From Octopus sinensis (taxonomy: Eukaryota), in NCBI RefSeq assembly GCF_006345805.1, contig NC_043001.1, positions 58,962,001 to 59,026,000 on the forward strand: a stretch of DNA of 64,000 bases, read 5' to 3'. The position numbers and the translations under genes are program-made. Positions 51,845-63,164 of the stretch are shown piece after piece; the first letter of the stretch is position 1; every line of letters begins with the position of its first letter. The notes under the pieces are model-generated. The model made no database searches, had not been told where the DNA came from, and saw nothing but the letters and a program-made list of their open reading frames with translations.

Positions 51845-52775
51845 ATATATATTATATGTAGAAAAATAAAAACTGGGACAAGAACGTAAAACATTTAGAA
51901 AATGATACAAAAAACACGGACGGGACATTCGAAGCCTTCAATCTTCAATCAAGAACCGGGTCATCCTAGCAATTTCGGCTGATTAATCTTGAGATCGCTC
52001 CGATCCGGCCAGCCCCAAGGAAAAACTAAGCTACGAGCATTAGATTTCTTGGAAGAAGGATCGAATGTATACGAAACAAGGACAGAAAAACGGACGATGC
52101 CACACGAATATAAAATACAAAAAACAATAATGGTAAAAACAGGACAAAAACAGCGGGTGTCTTACGACTAATGAACAGTACAACAAGTTTAGTTGGCGTA
52201 TTTGGAAAAAATGCATTTATCGGCAGACGAAGACAACGATGTTCTGACGGCAGTGGTCGGAGGCCAAAAAGGCTGATTTTGACCAGCGGTCACGTGAGAG
52301 AATAGAGAGAAAACAAAGGGGGAAAAGGAAACAAAGAGAGAGAGAAAAAGAGGAACGAAGGCAACAAAGGAGGGAGAAGAGAGAGAAAGAAGGGATTAAA
52401 GAGGGGAGAAGAAGAAAGAGTGCGTGCCAAGGATTAGCTTGTGAGTGCAAAGTGAGACAGACAGAGAAATGTGAGAGAGTGGGGGAAGAGAAGACCGAAG
52501 AATCAGAGGCAAGAAAAGAGAAAAGGAGGAGAAGTATAGAGAGAGAGCGAGAGAAGGGGACAGATCAGAGTAGAGTGCAAAGTGTGAAAGGCAGGGAAAT
52601 GTAGGAGAGAGAGACAGTGTGTAGAGTCGTACCAAATTTACAGGAATATGTACTTACATAAGGCCAACGAGGGTACGGACGCCGCTGTATATATTATATG
52701 TAGAAAAATACAAACTGGGACAAGAACGTAAAATACGGACAGGACATTCGAAGCCTTCAATCTTCAGTCAAGAAG
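51845..52775. mobile_element. Non-coding element with ~85-110-bp direct terminal repeats (pLTR-like)
   Basis: TATTATATGTAGAAAAATA(C)AAACTGGGACAAGAACGTAAAA..CGGAC(G/A)GGACATTCGAAGCCTTCAATCTTCA.TCAAGAA at 51850-51955 and 52692-52775; purine-rich interior. Confidence 0.8.
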
Positions 52776-53104
52776 ATATATATATATGAAGAGGGAGATA
52801 CATAGATAGATTAATTGCTTCATATAGGAATATATATTCGTGTGGAGATGAGTGGCCAACACCATATTCATGGATAGAATTTGTTTATTTGAGTATTAAT
52901 GTTACCATTGATTTCATGTTAAGTAAAATAGGAAAATATTTTCATACCTTAAGAAGTTATGAAGGCAACCATATGGAGAAATGGTTCGTCTTGATTTTGG
53001 ATAAAACGCCAAAATGGAGGTTAAAACCATTACTTCGTGTGATCGACTTGAAAGATTGCTCAGTTATTAAGATATTTCTCTATTTTTCCTAACATAAATC
53101 TAAC

Positions 53105-53143
<39 letters not shown>

Positions 53144-53147
<4 letters not shown>

Positions 53148-53486
53148 CTTATAAAATAAGGGCAAACGAAAAGTTCTGTGAAAGTTTCTAGTTCGAATCT
53201 ATTTTGGATATATTTGGAATACTTCGGTCTGCTCAGGACTTAGTGCTTGCTTCTTCCATGAGTATGAGCAAGTATTTCATTTAAGTCTTACGTATTTATC
53301 GGTGAGGAGGAGAAAATTCTTATGAATTAACTCTGAAATTGGGACCAATACGGTTATAACGGAATTTGTAGTAATTTATATCGGCTTCTTTCGAGACGCA
53401 TAAATTATAATGGTTATTGACAATTTGTCTATTTTCGGCATATTTAGCATGAGAATTTTTCTTTTGCCCTTCTTTTATAAGTTATT
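53144..53486. mobile_element. Short element with ~35-bp inverted termini
   Basis: ATAACTTATAAAATAAGGGCAAACGAAAAGTTCT versus AGAATTTTTCTTTTGCCCTTCTTTTATAAGTTAT. Confidence 0.7.
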
Positions 53487-53582
53487 TATAAATTTAACCT
53501 TTAAAGGTATTTTTTAATATTTTCGCCATTGATAAAATCTTTTTTCGAAAATTTCTATCCTACATCAGATACATAATACATA

Positions 53583-53630
<48 letters not shown>

Positions 53631-53672
53631 TACATATATATATATATATGCATTTGTATGTATTTATATATA

Positions 53673-53726
<54 letters not shown>

Positions 53727-53727
53727 G

Positions 53728-53799
<72 letters not shown>

Positions 53800-54579
53800 T
53801 GTATGTATGTATCACGCAACTTTGTCCTATACTCATAATTTCTGCGACTCTGCTCTCTGTTCCCTTTCTTTCTTTTTTTGTATCCCTCTATAATGCCCTT
53901 TATTTTCCTTTTCTCCCCTCCTTCTTCGCTGTCCCTTGTCTTTTTGGGACGCGACATCGACTTAGATGGACTTTAATTTTGTTCGCCTTCCGACATGTTT
54001 TTTCTTTCTTTCTGTTCTACTATTTTCTTCTCTTCTATTTATTCTAAATACACTCAGAATTTCTCTCCAGGGTTAACCCATTAAAATGCGTCTTCGCCTA
54101 ACGGCCTATAATATTTGTCTTTGTTTATTATTTACATTGTACATCCATTCTGTCGTTGTTATTTCGTTCGAAGCTCTAACTCTCCATAAATTTTATATCG
54201 TTAAAACATTTAGATGCTTCTGTTTTAGAAGGTTTCCTATCTTCTCGTTGAAAGCTCGAAAGGGGGAGCAATTAACAGTCGACAACGGGTTAGACTTCTA
54301 GTATTTTGTCCCGTACTTGTTTCTCATAATGTCTTTACGCATTTTTCACTCGTTGGTGATGCCTTGCATTTATTGTATGTTTTTGGTAATTTGGTCTCTC
54401 GTGTGTTTACATATTTTTCACTCGTCGATGTTATCTTGTACTTGATAATTATTTACATATTTATAAAACACTAATGCAGGTGCATACTCATGCACACATC
54501 ATACACACATATACATATATATATATGCATATATATGTGTATGTATACGTATTATGTTGTATATATATACATACATACA

Positions 54580-54676
<97 letters not shown>

Positions 54677-55749
54677 ATATATGTGTATGTATGTGACCGA
54701 GTATAATAATAAAATAGTGGCGTGCATAGAGCTATAAACAATGATGAGTGTAGGTGCTGAATGATGTATTATACGTAGACATATAGTCTGTTAGAGAGAA
54801 GATTGACATTTGCAGTCAGGCGGTTTGCCAAATACCTATTTCAAGAGAAAACTTTTATTTTCAAATTATAACCCTAAACTGGCGAATAGAAATTTTACGA
54901 TGCCAAGCACATCATACTGAGTCATTCTTGTTCTAGTTGTAAATTATGGCACTTGAAATAGTTGTAAATGTTACTTGTTGGCATGGATTTAGAGAATTTT
55001 CTTGCCATTCATCAATTTAGAATGGATATGTTCGTATACCTGTTTTGTGTAGAATGATAAATGACAATTTGGTATGCAAAATCTCAAAGTTTTGCTACTC
55101 TTGCTCATTATTTTTAACATTTACTGTCGCACAGTTGATGAATATTCTAAAACAGTGAAAGCATGCTGCAAATAATTACTTCTTATGCGTAATCTACCCT
55201 CAATTTAACAATCAACGAGCTTACTTATGCCAAAACGCATTCGAGTTGTGACATTCTAGACGGATTTAGAGACTATTCACTGCTCTTTATAGTATATCGA
55301 GTGAAGAAGAAAAGGACCGCACTCATTCGTATCCGATTTGTAGTTATCTATTTTGTAACAGAAGAGTACTATTTCTTAATCTGTCTGTGGCGTAAATGAC
55401 ATATACTGAAATGCTATGACCAACTCGTTTTACAGGCAAAATTGCATCTGATTTGCTTACTGAATTGTGTTTTTAAAGTCTGCAGGGTGTAATTTTAGTG
55501 GGTTAACTGTTAAGGTCAGTAAAAGTATATTAAGACAGTGGTAAGATAAACAATTCAGACATACTGTCTGAATGATGGCAGAATGATAGCACCTGCGAAG
55601 TAAATTCTATGTATTATCATGTGCCATCATGTAGCTAAAGGGAATACATAGAAATCTTTAAAAGAAAATAACCTTCATTTTCAAGGCATCGTCGGCATTA
55701 CAGCGTTTTTGTAAACCTCCGCGAACAATGAAATACTGTAACATGAAAA

Positions 55750-55942
55750 ATATACATTATTTACATTGTTTACAATTTGACGGATCTTGTCCTCATCTTG
55801 ATTGTTGTTAACACTACGTTTCGACTGATGTACCCTCCAACCTTTATCAGGTGTCTTGGGGAAATTTCGAACCTGGGTTCTATTTCCTAATGTAGTTTTC
55901 GTTGTTATTGTTGCTGTTGTTGTTGTTGTTGTTGTTGTTATT

Positions 55943-56019
<77 letters not shown>

Positions 56020-56190
56020 CATCATCATCATCATCATCATCATTATTATTTTTTTTTTTTTTAATTATTATTATTCAGTCACTGCCTGGAATCGAACCCG
56101 GTTAGCAGCCCGCGCTCTTTAACCACTAAGGCGTAAATTGTAAATAATGTAAATAATGTACTTAATTCCTCATCTCTTTAACATAGAACG
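55750..56190 (-). mobile_element. Chimeric SINE-like element: tRNA-Ser-like head, (AAT/GAT/AAC)n spacer, hammerhead-bearing tail, inverted tail copy at the 5' side
   Basis: Minus strand 56132-56075: GCCTTAGTGGTTAAAGAGCGCGGGCTGCTAACCGGGTTCGATTCCAGGCAG (A box, CTGCTAA loop, B box). The tail 55890-55750 holds an HHR. 56135-56160 is the reverse complement of 55753-55778. Confidence 0.72.
55810..55855 (-). ncRNA. Minimal type-I hammerhead ribozyme motif (one core substitution)
   Basis: GACAC-CUGAUAA-A-GGUUG-GAGGGUACAU-CAGUC-GAAA-CG-UA-GUGUU. Stem I GACAC/GUGUU, stem II with wobbles, palindromic ACGU stem III, GUA triplet; G8 is changed to A. Confidence 0.7.
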
Positions 56191-56559
56191 AAAAATATAT
56201 TCTAACGATTTCCATGCTACATAGAAAATTTGAAACAGACAGGCAAAGCAACACTCAATTTCAGGGTATGCAATTTTCAGACACGGCACCATTATTAGAA
56301 ACGCTTCGAAAACAATGGAATGTCTATATTAGATAGGACTAAAAGTTATACCACCTACTGACCGATTTTCTTGATAGATATGAGTACCAATTCCCCCACA
56401 GCTCTGAATGTATCCTCCCGTGAACGAAGAACCCATTGGCTAAAATATACTTAAATGCTATATACATTTTTACGTTTATGTATTCGTTTTTCAATGTGCT
56501 TGACGTAAAATCGTGTGTTTAAACAGATATTGTTATATTTTGTGATGGTTATTTTTAGT

Positions 56560-56815
56560 GTTTTGCCTAGTAAACATACGCACAATATATTCATTCTTCA
56601 CTTCAGATAATTTTATCATTGATCTTATTTTATGTCTTATGGCTAGGTATCTTCCCGTCACACATCCTGTGACTTGTTATAGACAGTCACTGAAGAGGTC
56701 ACAGGATCTGTGACGAAACATTCCCATACATAGAGCATAAGATGAGAAGAATAAAAAAAAATATATCTGAAGTAAAAAACGAATATGAAGTGCATGCGTT
56801 TATTAGGCAAAGAAA
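56560..56815. repeat. Head-to-head inverted pair of the 49295-49560 family
   Basis: TTTGCCTAGTAAAC..ACTTCAGATA..CGTCACACATCCTGTGAC is mirrored by GTCACAGGATCTGTGACG..TATCTGAAGT..GTTTATTAGGCAAA. Confidence 0.82.
56690..56723 (+). ncRNA. Hammerhead ribozyme core (stem I not evident)
   Basis: CUGAAGA-G-GUCACAG-GAU-CUGUGAC-GAAA-CAUUC; perfect 7-bp stem II of the same family as 49413-49452. Confidence 0.6.
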
Positions 56816-57100
56816 AATGCCCGTGCCGAAATATAACAATATGCTATATAAATGTAAATTAGAAAAGGCTAAATAGAGACAATTTTCATCATCTAACATA
56901 TGTAGATCAGGTTTTACTGCGGCTGAACAAGAAAATAATAAGGCATGACACATGAAAGCTAAACTTAACTCCTAAAAATACGATGCAATTCTCCCAAAAC
57001 TTCACACAGAGCGGTACCAGTGTAAAAGAGGTTACTGTATATAATTGCGCATGCGTTGCCGGAAGTCCCTAATAAGTATGTATCTTTTAAATAACATTGA

Positions 57101-57168
<68 letters not shown>

Positions 57169-57178
57169 TGGAGTGATT

Positions 57179-57218
57179 TGTGTGAGTGCGTTTATCGGCC
57201 GATAAACGCGCTCACGCG
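57179..57218. repeat. Near-perfect GC-rich palindrome, probably a Helitron 3' hairpin
   Basis: GTGAGTGCGTTTATCGG|CCGATAAACGCGCTCAC (1 mismatch), ~12 bp from TACTGG (a CTAG-like end) at the edge of a TA tract. Confidence 0.75.
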
Positions 57219-57304
57219 TTATTCTCACATGGTATTAAATATTACGTAGTGAATGCAGTAACAGAGTAAAATCTACTTAAAATTTTTTATAAAATTTCTA
57301 TTCT

Positions 57305-57323
57305 TTTCTCTCTCTCTCTCTCC

Positions 57324-57363
<40 letters not shown>

Positions 57364-57377
57364 CCTCTCTCTCTCTC

Positions 57378-57408
<31 letters not shown>
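57305..57408. repeat. (CT)n microsatellite
   Basis: Directly visible. Confidence 0.96.
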
Positions 57409-57412
<4 letters not shown>

Positions 57413-57703
57413 GTGTGTGTTTGTGTCTGTGTGTCTGAGAATAGTATCCTATTATTGGCATATTTACCCAGTGCTTTGCTACACGCTGAAATAGAATAAA
57501 CCGTTACGAAATAAAGTATGTGGAAGAATGTCGGATATTTTATAGCCGTAGCTAAAAATCAGGGTTTTCTTGCATTCTACACTCACAGTAAGCAAAGTTC
57601 TTAAAAGTTGTTGCTTTCAGTTTCCTACTTTCTAAAAATAAATATTCGACAAATGTACGCATTCGTGCTGTCATACAATCATTCAAATACACAATTGTAT
57701 GTA

Positions 57704-57738
<35 letters not shown>

Positions 57739-57976
57739 TGAGAAAAATGTCGATGGAATTTTGGAAAAAATATTTTTATTTCTTCATTGTTCTTAGCGCT
57801 TTCGTTCGTTTCCCGAACTTGTCCATTAAAATTTTGTGAATGTACAAACAGCTTGTTCATTTATATGAAACAAGATTTTTGGAGACCTTGTTTAGAAGAA
57901 GATAACATTGTTTTTTTTTATATTTTTGAGGTGAGATTCCAATGACAATGGAGATGGATAAATAGCAATATAGGTG

Positions 57977-58062
<86 letters not shown>

Positions 58063-58088
58063 GGATGGATGGATGGATGGATAGATAG
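57977..58088. repeat. (GATA)n/(GGAT)n microsatellite
   Basis: Directly visible. Confidence 0.97.
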
Positions 58089-58334
58089 TTAGAGGGAGGG
58101 AGAGAAGAATGATCCCCTTCCTATTCACCATTCACTTATTTATTTAGTCATTTACCATTGTATTGGAATGGGTTTAAGGCTGGTGAACTCTTCAAAAAAA
58201 AAAGGTGCAGTGTGGTCATCACTGAAAGTCTTTTTGCTTTCTCTTTCCTTCTTTTTTCCTCTTTTTTTCTTTATCTCCTCTGACTTATATGCAGGATACA
58301 AAATCTCATCCTATGCTATAATATAGATTTCAAA

Positions 58335-58530
58335 CTTTGCCACAAAGCCAACAAATTCGGAGTAGGGGATAAGCTGATCACATCGACTCCAATAATGAAC
58401 TGAGACTTGTTTTCTTGACACCGAAAGGATGAATAGCAAAATCGACCACGCAAAATTTCGAAATCAGAACATGAAGACGGACGAAATATCGCTAACCGGC
58501 GTGCTAACGTGTCGGCCACTTCACTGCCTC
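58335..58530 (-). mobile_element. tRNA-derived SINE, diverged
   Basis: GATCACATCGACTCC..CCGAAAGGATGAA..GACGAAATATCGCTAA..CGGCGTGCTAACG on the plus strand. Confidence 0.82.
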
Positions 58531-59224
58531 TTCCCAATAATATTTTGATCTATTAAAAGCTAATGCATATATATATATATATAAAACATATGTGTATTAC
58601 CAGTGTGTGATGACGTAAGCGTGTGAATATCCCATTTGATTAATTGTTACGCCGCGCAGTTGTGTGAATAATATGAACTGTTGATACAGAGTGACAAATG
58701 CCACGCCTTACTGCTAGTAATTGAAAATCACCGGTTTCCTTGAATGACACCAAATTAAATTGCTACTTCCGATGAAATAGAAATTGGAGTCAGTCCTCAT
58801 TCACATATCTCTATGCCATATTTGTTTCAAGACCGATGGTTTCATTGTATTACTAAATGTATAGACACTTCATAAGCACGTCAAGTAGTTAAATAAAATA
58901 TATATACTTTTATTTAAATAATGCAATGAAAGATGCTATGAAGATTGATACAGCCTACAACATTTCATTAATTACATATTGTATCTCAGAAACAGAAGAA
59001 ATTCGTACATAAAAAAAACGGTGAATATATAATAGGCACCAAGTTATTATTTATAGTGTGACCTTCACCTTTAATAATTCTCTCAATATTTATGCGAACA
59101 TGATTTAATTGGATGTCGTAATCATAGAAGAATTTAAGTCCATAGTGCAACATGAATACGTATGTGTGCATGCCTATATATGGGGTTAAGGCGTGTTTGT
59201 ATGTGTGTGTATATATAGTTAGTT

Positions 59225-59358
59225 TTGAATTATGACATTGGGCTATGTGTGTGTCAAGTTTCATCAGAATCGGTTGAAAGCCGTGGTCAGGGTGAGGGTA
59301 CAACCAAACAGACACACAGAAACACACACAGACAAACTGCCGTTTATATAGAAAGAGA
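59225..59358 (-). mobile_element. Helitron 5' terminus
   Basis: Minus strand A|TCTCTTTCTATATAAACGGCAGTTTGTCTGTG..CAACCGATTCTGATGAAACTTGACAC, i.e. a TC start after A. Confidence 0.7.
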
Positions 59359-59573
59359 TATCTATAATAATTATTACGTATACGTTTTTTTTTCATGCTG
59401 AGCACTGGATATGATCGTTATTCTAAATAATGGTCTTAACTTTTTTATATATGTATATATATTCGCTCCGTTTCATCATATTTATTGCGGTGGTATTTTG
59501 ACCATATAGCACAGGGTGTCGGTCGGAAGAACAAATTAGATTTATACGTGCATATATGTCAATGTTCATATGT

Positions 59574-59672
<99 letters not shown>

Positions 59673-59902
59673 ATGTATGCATGTATGTATGTATGTATTA
59701 TGTACGCATATATTTGTGATTATATACTAGTATTGGTATATATCTACTGTTGGAGGCAAAGTATTATGTTTCTAATCCAGTCATTTTTTGCTAATTTCTT
59801 TGTTCATTTATCTTTTCACCTATGTTATATGAATTTATGATTTAGAGTCAGTTTTGATTGTTTCTGGCATGGTGGTACTTCTTCGGTATCTTTCTTGATA
59901 TA

Positions 59903-59910
59903 ATAATAAC

Positions 59911-59990
<80 letters not shown>
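59903..59990. repeat. (TAA)n microsatellite
   Basis: Directly visible; resumes at 60318-60367. Confidence 0.98.
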
Positions 59991-60316
59991 GACTAAAACA
60001 ATACCTGTTGTCATAGGTGCCCTGGGAATGATAGCAAAAGGGGCTGATTGCTACCTAACACAGATACCAGGAAACCCCAAAATGGCAGAAATTCAACAGA
60101 TAGTGATCATGGGAACTGCTCATATCCTACGCAAAATACTTTCTTTGTAATCTCAAGTTTTAAAACAAATATAATTTTCGTATGGTCTTTTAGGCATTCA
60201 CTAGGCATAACACCCTTGGCATAACACCAACATGAAATTCCAACTTGTTGTCTCTTGAGGTTTCTGGGTGAGACTTGGAGCCAGCTTGTGAAAATGTAAA
60301 GCAAAAGTCAAACATA

Positions 60317-60318
<2 letters not shown>
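59991..60318 (+). mobile_element. 5'-truncated R4/Dong LINE inserted in (TAA)n
   Basis: KTKTIPVVIGALGMIAKGADCYLTQIPGNPKMAEIQQIVIMGTAHILRKILSL* plus 3' UTR, with TAA repeats on both sides. Confidence 0.92.
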
Positions 60319-60366
<48 letters not shown>

Positions 60367-60544
60367 GGGAGTATAACTCCAAACTTACAGAGAAGAATTC
60401 AATTTAGTATGAAATCAAATTTTACAATACAAATATATAATATATAATATATAATACAAATATATAATAAATGGCGGTGCCCCAGCATGGCCACAGCTCA
60501 TAAGCTGAAACTAGAATCAATCAATCAATCAATATATAATATAT

Positions 60545-60990
60545 ATATTAGAGAAAAAAACACTATTATGCAATTCAAACAATGATAGACATAAACCAAA
60601 TCATAAATAAAAAATCATATATATTTTTATAAAACATATAACTAGATCATACAGTTGCAGCGTGGAATGTGTTTGTAAGCTATTTAAGAAACACACAAAA
60701 GCCGTTCGATTCACTTCAACATTTAAGTTTAATTTGTCAAAATATTTTCGTCGCTAAAATCCGCGACCTCTTCACTAACAAAAATCCGTGCTGCATCATA
60801 AAAAGTACAAAATGAATAAACAATATATAATAAGTAATATATAAGTAATTTACTTATTATATATTTTTTTATTCATTTTCGAACTTTTTGCAATCAAGTT
60901 ATGTTATAAAAAAAAGTTTTTATTTATGATTTGGTTTATGTCTATCATTGTTTGAATTGCATAATAGAGTTTTTTTCTCTAATTTATATA
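60545..60990. mobile_element. Non-coding element with nested inverted repeats and an internal hammerhead-like motif
   Basis: 60545-60650 is inverted at 60893-60990; 60800-60838 is inverted at 60851-60889. Confidence 0.85.
60733..60782 (-). ncRNA. Minimal hammerhead-like motif with C3>G
   Basis: UUUGUUA-GUGAAGA-G-GUCGC-GGAUUUUA-GCGAC-GAA-AAUAUU-U-UGACAAA. 7-bp stem I, 5-bp stem II, palindromic AAUAUU stem III. Confidence 0.62.
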
Positions 60991-61004
60991 TTATATATAT
61001 ATTC

Positions 61005-61200
61005 TTTGATTCTGTTACTTATTTCAGTCATTTGAATACTGCCATGTTGGAAAACCGCTTTTAGTCGAACGAATCGACACCAAGTCTTATTCTTTGTAAG
61101 CATAGTACTTATTCTATTGCATCTTTTTGCCAAACCGCTAAGTTACGGGTACATATACACACAAGGATCGGTTGTCAATCAACGGTGGTGGACAAACATA
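61005..61200 (-). mobile_element. SINE 3' half
   Basis: TTTCAGTCATTTGA..GCCATGTTGG..TTTAGTCGAACGAATCGAC..AGTACTTATTCTAT..CCGCTAAGTTACGGG on the plus strand. Confidence 0.75.
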
Positions 61201-61218
61201 CACGCGCGCACAAATATA

Positions 61219-61266
<48 letters not shown>

Positions 61267-63164
61267 TATATATATATATATATAATATATAATATATATA
61301 TATATATATAATATATATATATACATACATACATATAAATGTATGTATATACATACAAACAAACATACACAGACACACACACACAACACACACACACACA
61401 CACACACACAACACACACACACACAACACACACATATATATATACATATATATATATTGTAAGGCATGCATATTTCTACGACATTATTTTACGGAAAAGT
61501 ATTGGCAGTTTATTACGGTATTTATTAAGAAAATTCAGTTAACGAAGCATCGTTTCTCTTTTAATGATCCTTGGTACGTGAACAAATCTAAATATTCGAG
61601 CGATTACTTGCACTGATTCATGGAAGGTGAACTGAAAATATTAACGAATTGAAGCCTTTCCATAATCAAGATACAAATCCTGTCACATCAATTACAAACG
61701 TCTGAACTTATTTCAACACATTTTTATTCGAAGTCTAGGTAGCAATACATAAGCGATCGCACAGAACTAGTAAAATGAAAAACAATATTTACATATTTTT
61801 GTACACGTGCACATACACACACAGACATATATTTGGTGGGTTTGCATAAATATATATACATATTTATACACACATATGTATATATGTATATGTGTGTGTA
61901 AACACACTCACACACACTTATATACACATACTGCAACTTTTACACGCTTTACATACTAAAATAGATGTATAAATTTGAAATTAATTCGAACTCGCGATCA
62001 AGTATCTGCAAGAACACACTGTCACGTCAGACATCCTTTCTTCACAATGAATGTGCAGAATTTAACTAGTAAGCATAACATTCCTTGGTGACTATGTTAA
62101 ATTCTGATTGAAAAAATACTTTTGTTTCACAAGAGAAAACTACCAGTAACTAGTAACATGAGAATCTGTAAAAATCGAAGCCCTGAAAAACGACTCACAA
62201 AGATTCCGCATAATGAATTCCTTTCATTGAAAATTCACACTTAAAGTAAAGAATTTGTTTCTAAACTGAAACGCAAATTACGCTAGATTATATCAATCTT
62301 AGCATTTAACTAATACTTTGCTATCTTCAATAACTAAACCTCAAATATGGATGCCAATGATGATCTTGACAAGCTTTGAGACCAAAATGCAAATTTTCGA
62401 GTGTAACCCTGCAAAATGTCTCGTCAATATTTTAAACTCAGTGTCAGTCAATCACCTTAACAGACAAAGAATGGGATATTCTGATTATCATTAGATTCAA
62501 AGACGCCCCTATATCATTTATGACGAAGATTAATGCAGACGATTCGGAAAAAAAAACACTTGTAAATACTAACAAATGTAAGGGAAAATAATAATTATAG
62601 AATATAGTATATTAAGGGCAGGAACAATTTAGACAACCTGGTGAAAAGAAATATTAAATTTCAATATCATTTGTCCTCACCATAAAATAAGAATTACAAA
62701 ACTTTCTTTATATCAAGTTGAAGCACGTGAATTTTAATCCTTTATTTCTACTATATAATAGCTTTGACATTAATTTTTAAGAGATAGGGATGAAAACAAT
62801 AGATTTTGCCAGTGTAACACCATAAAACTAGTTGTAGGCATATTTTTATGCCTGTGGATCACTATTTCTTAAATAAATTTTTCTCTTCTGACCTGGAAAG
62901 AATGTTATGCCTCCCTGCAAACAACAAACGCAGCCAACATCAAGTGCAACGAATGAATCTAAGGAACCTACTTATTGTATACTTTCATCAATTAAAATTG
63001 AAGAAGCTACACGTTCACGTAATTCAGTAGCTACAGTAGAAGATGAAACGTAGCAAAAAGTAACAATTATGCCAAAACTTTCTCTTAGTTGGAGAAATGA
63101 TTCTTTTATGATTCCTGTATATGGAACTCGTGAATTTCCCGATACTTTCACGTTTCTTCCAAGC

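Noticed and set aside
52735-52775. CUGAAGA-UUGAAGGCUUC-GAAUGUC on the minus strand as a hammerhead
   Set aside because: GAAU replaces GAAA and no stem I or III partner was found.
62330-63052. Exon-like or hAT-like frames (ITLTDKEWDIL; NVMPPCKQQ...VEDET*; a minus-strand CAG..GT segment)
   Set aside because: Splice phases are inconsistent, no domain is recognisable, and several mutually exclusive readings exist.
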